From Octopus bimaculoides (Eukaryota): DNA of 34,186 nucleotides. How positions within the stretch are numbered: position 1 is the stretch's first letter; each line of letters opens with the position of its first letter. Position numbers and translations under genes: made by a program. A model generated the notes under the pieces. It was not told the origin of the DNA. It made no database searches and saw nothing but the letters and a program-made list of their open reading frames with translations. Positions 33,592 through 34,186 of the stretch are shown here, piece by piece. The stretch covers positions 34,509,006 through 34,543,191 of the forward strand of contig NC_068985.1 of the NCBI RefSeq assembly GCF_001194135.2. The letters are read 5' to 3'.

Positions 33592-33651
33592 CTATTGAAG
33601 AGCAATATGCTGAAGCTAGTGGGCCCGAATATTTAGAATTGATACCACCAG
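33592..33651 (+). CDS. 60-nt phase 1-1 micro-exon, (A/T)IEEQYAEASGPEYLELIPP
   Basis: Acceptor ttaatttcttgaAG, donor CAG|GTAAGT, stop-free, two tyrosines. Confidence 0.85.
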
Positions 33652-33898
33652 GTAAGTACACTTAATTTTGTTAGTACACTGCATGATCTTAGAAAAAATC
33701 TTTGTCAAAATAGAAAGCAAACAACCATGAAATGTATCGCTCTTGGTTTAATACTATGTGCGTACATGCATGTATGTGCATGTGAGAATGTTCAAGTGTA
33801 TCGCATTAGTGTTTATTATGCTAGTATCAGCACAATGCTAATACAATTTAAATGTCATTCATTGCCATGTTTTTTTTCTATATTTTAATTTCTTGAAG

Positions 33899-33940
33899 AC
33901 ATGGATGGTACTTATGCCAATATTTCACAAAAACCTGGTG
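33899..33940 (+). CDS. 42-nt phase 1-1 micro-exon, DMDGTYANISQKPG
   Basis: Acceptor ttttaatttcttgaAG, donor G|GTAAAA, stop-free, YANI motif. Confidence 0.78.
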
Positions 33941-34186
33941 GTAAAAAATCCATTAACAAGATTACATTCATTAGAGCAAGAGATAGCAAAATCTTGGTTC
34001 ATTCTTTCTTTGGGTAGTATAGGCAGTGTAAAGTATGTCGTTTATCTTTGTACTTGTTTCAGTGATTGGACTGATGCCGTGCTAAGATACCACCTTGATG
34101 GGTTCAGTCCTACTAGTCCACCAAAGTACTTATCATTTTTAAGCTTTGTACTCATTTTGCTGTTGTGTTTTGTCAAACCATTAAGT

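Larger units (their letters stand above)
15340..34186 (+). repeat. Four dispersed-tandem copies (B1-B4) of a unit carrying a 60-nt + 42-nt exon pair, plus partial copies
   Basis: Homologous intron blocks recur around 16050-16870, 21490-22260, 27480-29560 and 30830-34186. A further block (aaagctttgaaaatgttaaaattt...atatttgcctagaca.gaga) recurs at ~20375, ~22870 and ~26900. Confidence 0.9.

Overview
Eukaryotic, repeat-dense, AT-rich genomic DNA. The SINE/RTE repeat families match my recollection of Octopus repeats, so the source is inferred to be an octopus. There are three assembly gaps (5327-5336, 9950-10105, 24534-24543). Most of the window is degraded mobile elements: RTE, R4/Dong-like and CRE non-LTR retrotransposons, two Penelope-like elements, a deleted Gypsy with both LTRs, a solo LTR, two mariners, a hAT-type non-autonomous element and three tRNA-SINE families. 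The ORF track contains almost nothing but TE fragments and microsatellite artefacts. The main result, missed by the ORF track, is a + strand array of 12 paralogous micro-exons (eight of 42 nt, four of 60 nt) between 7851 and 33940. All are phase 1-1, indel-free and stop-free, carried on tandemly duplicated intron units. They encode acidic tyrosine motifs (YATI, YLEM, YVNI, YDNV, YVKL, YINV, YLEL, YANI). Each 60+42 nt pair splices into an ITAM-like YxxL/M-x8-YxxI/V. This looks like a modular, skippable phosphotyrosine signalling tail of a receptor whose other exons lie outside the window. Two exons have AG>AA acceptors, and one has lost both its donor and its tyrosine.
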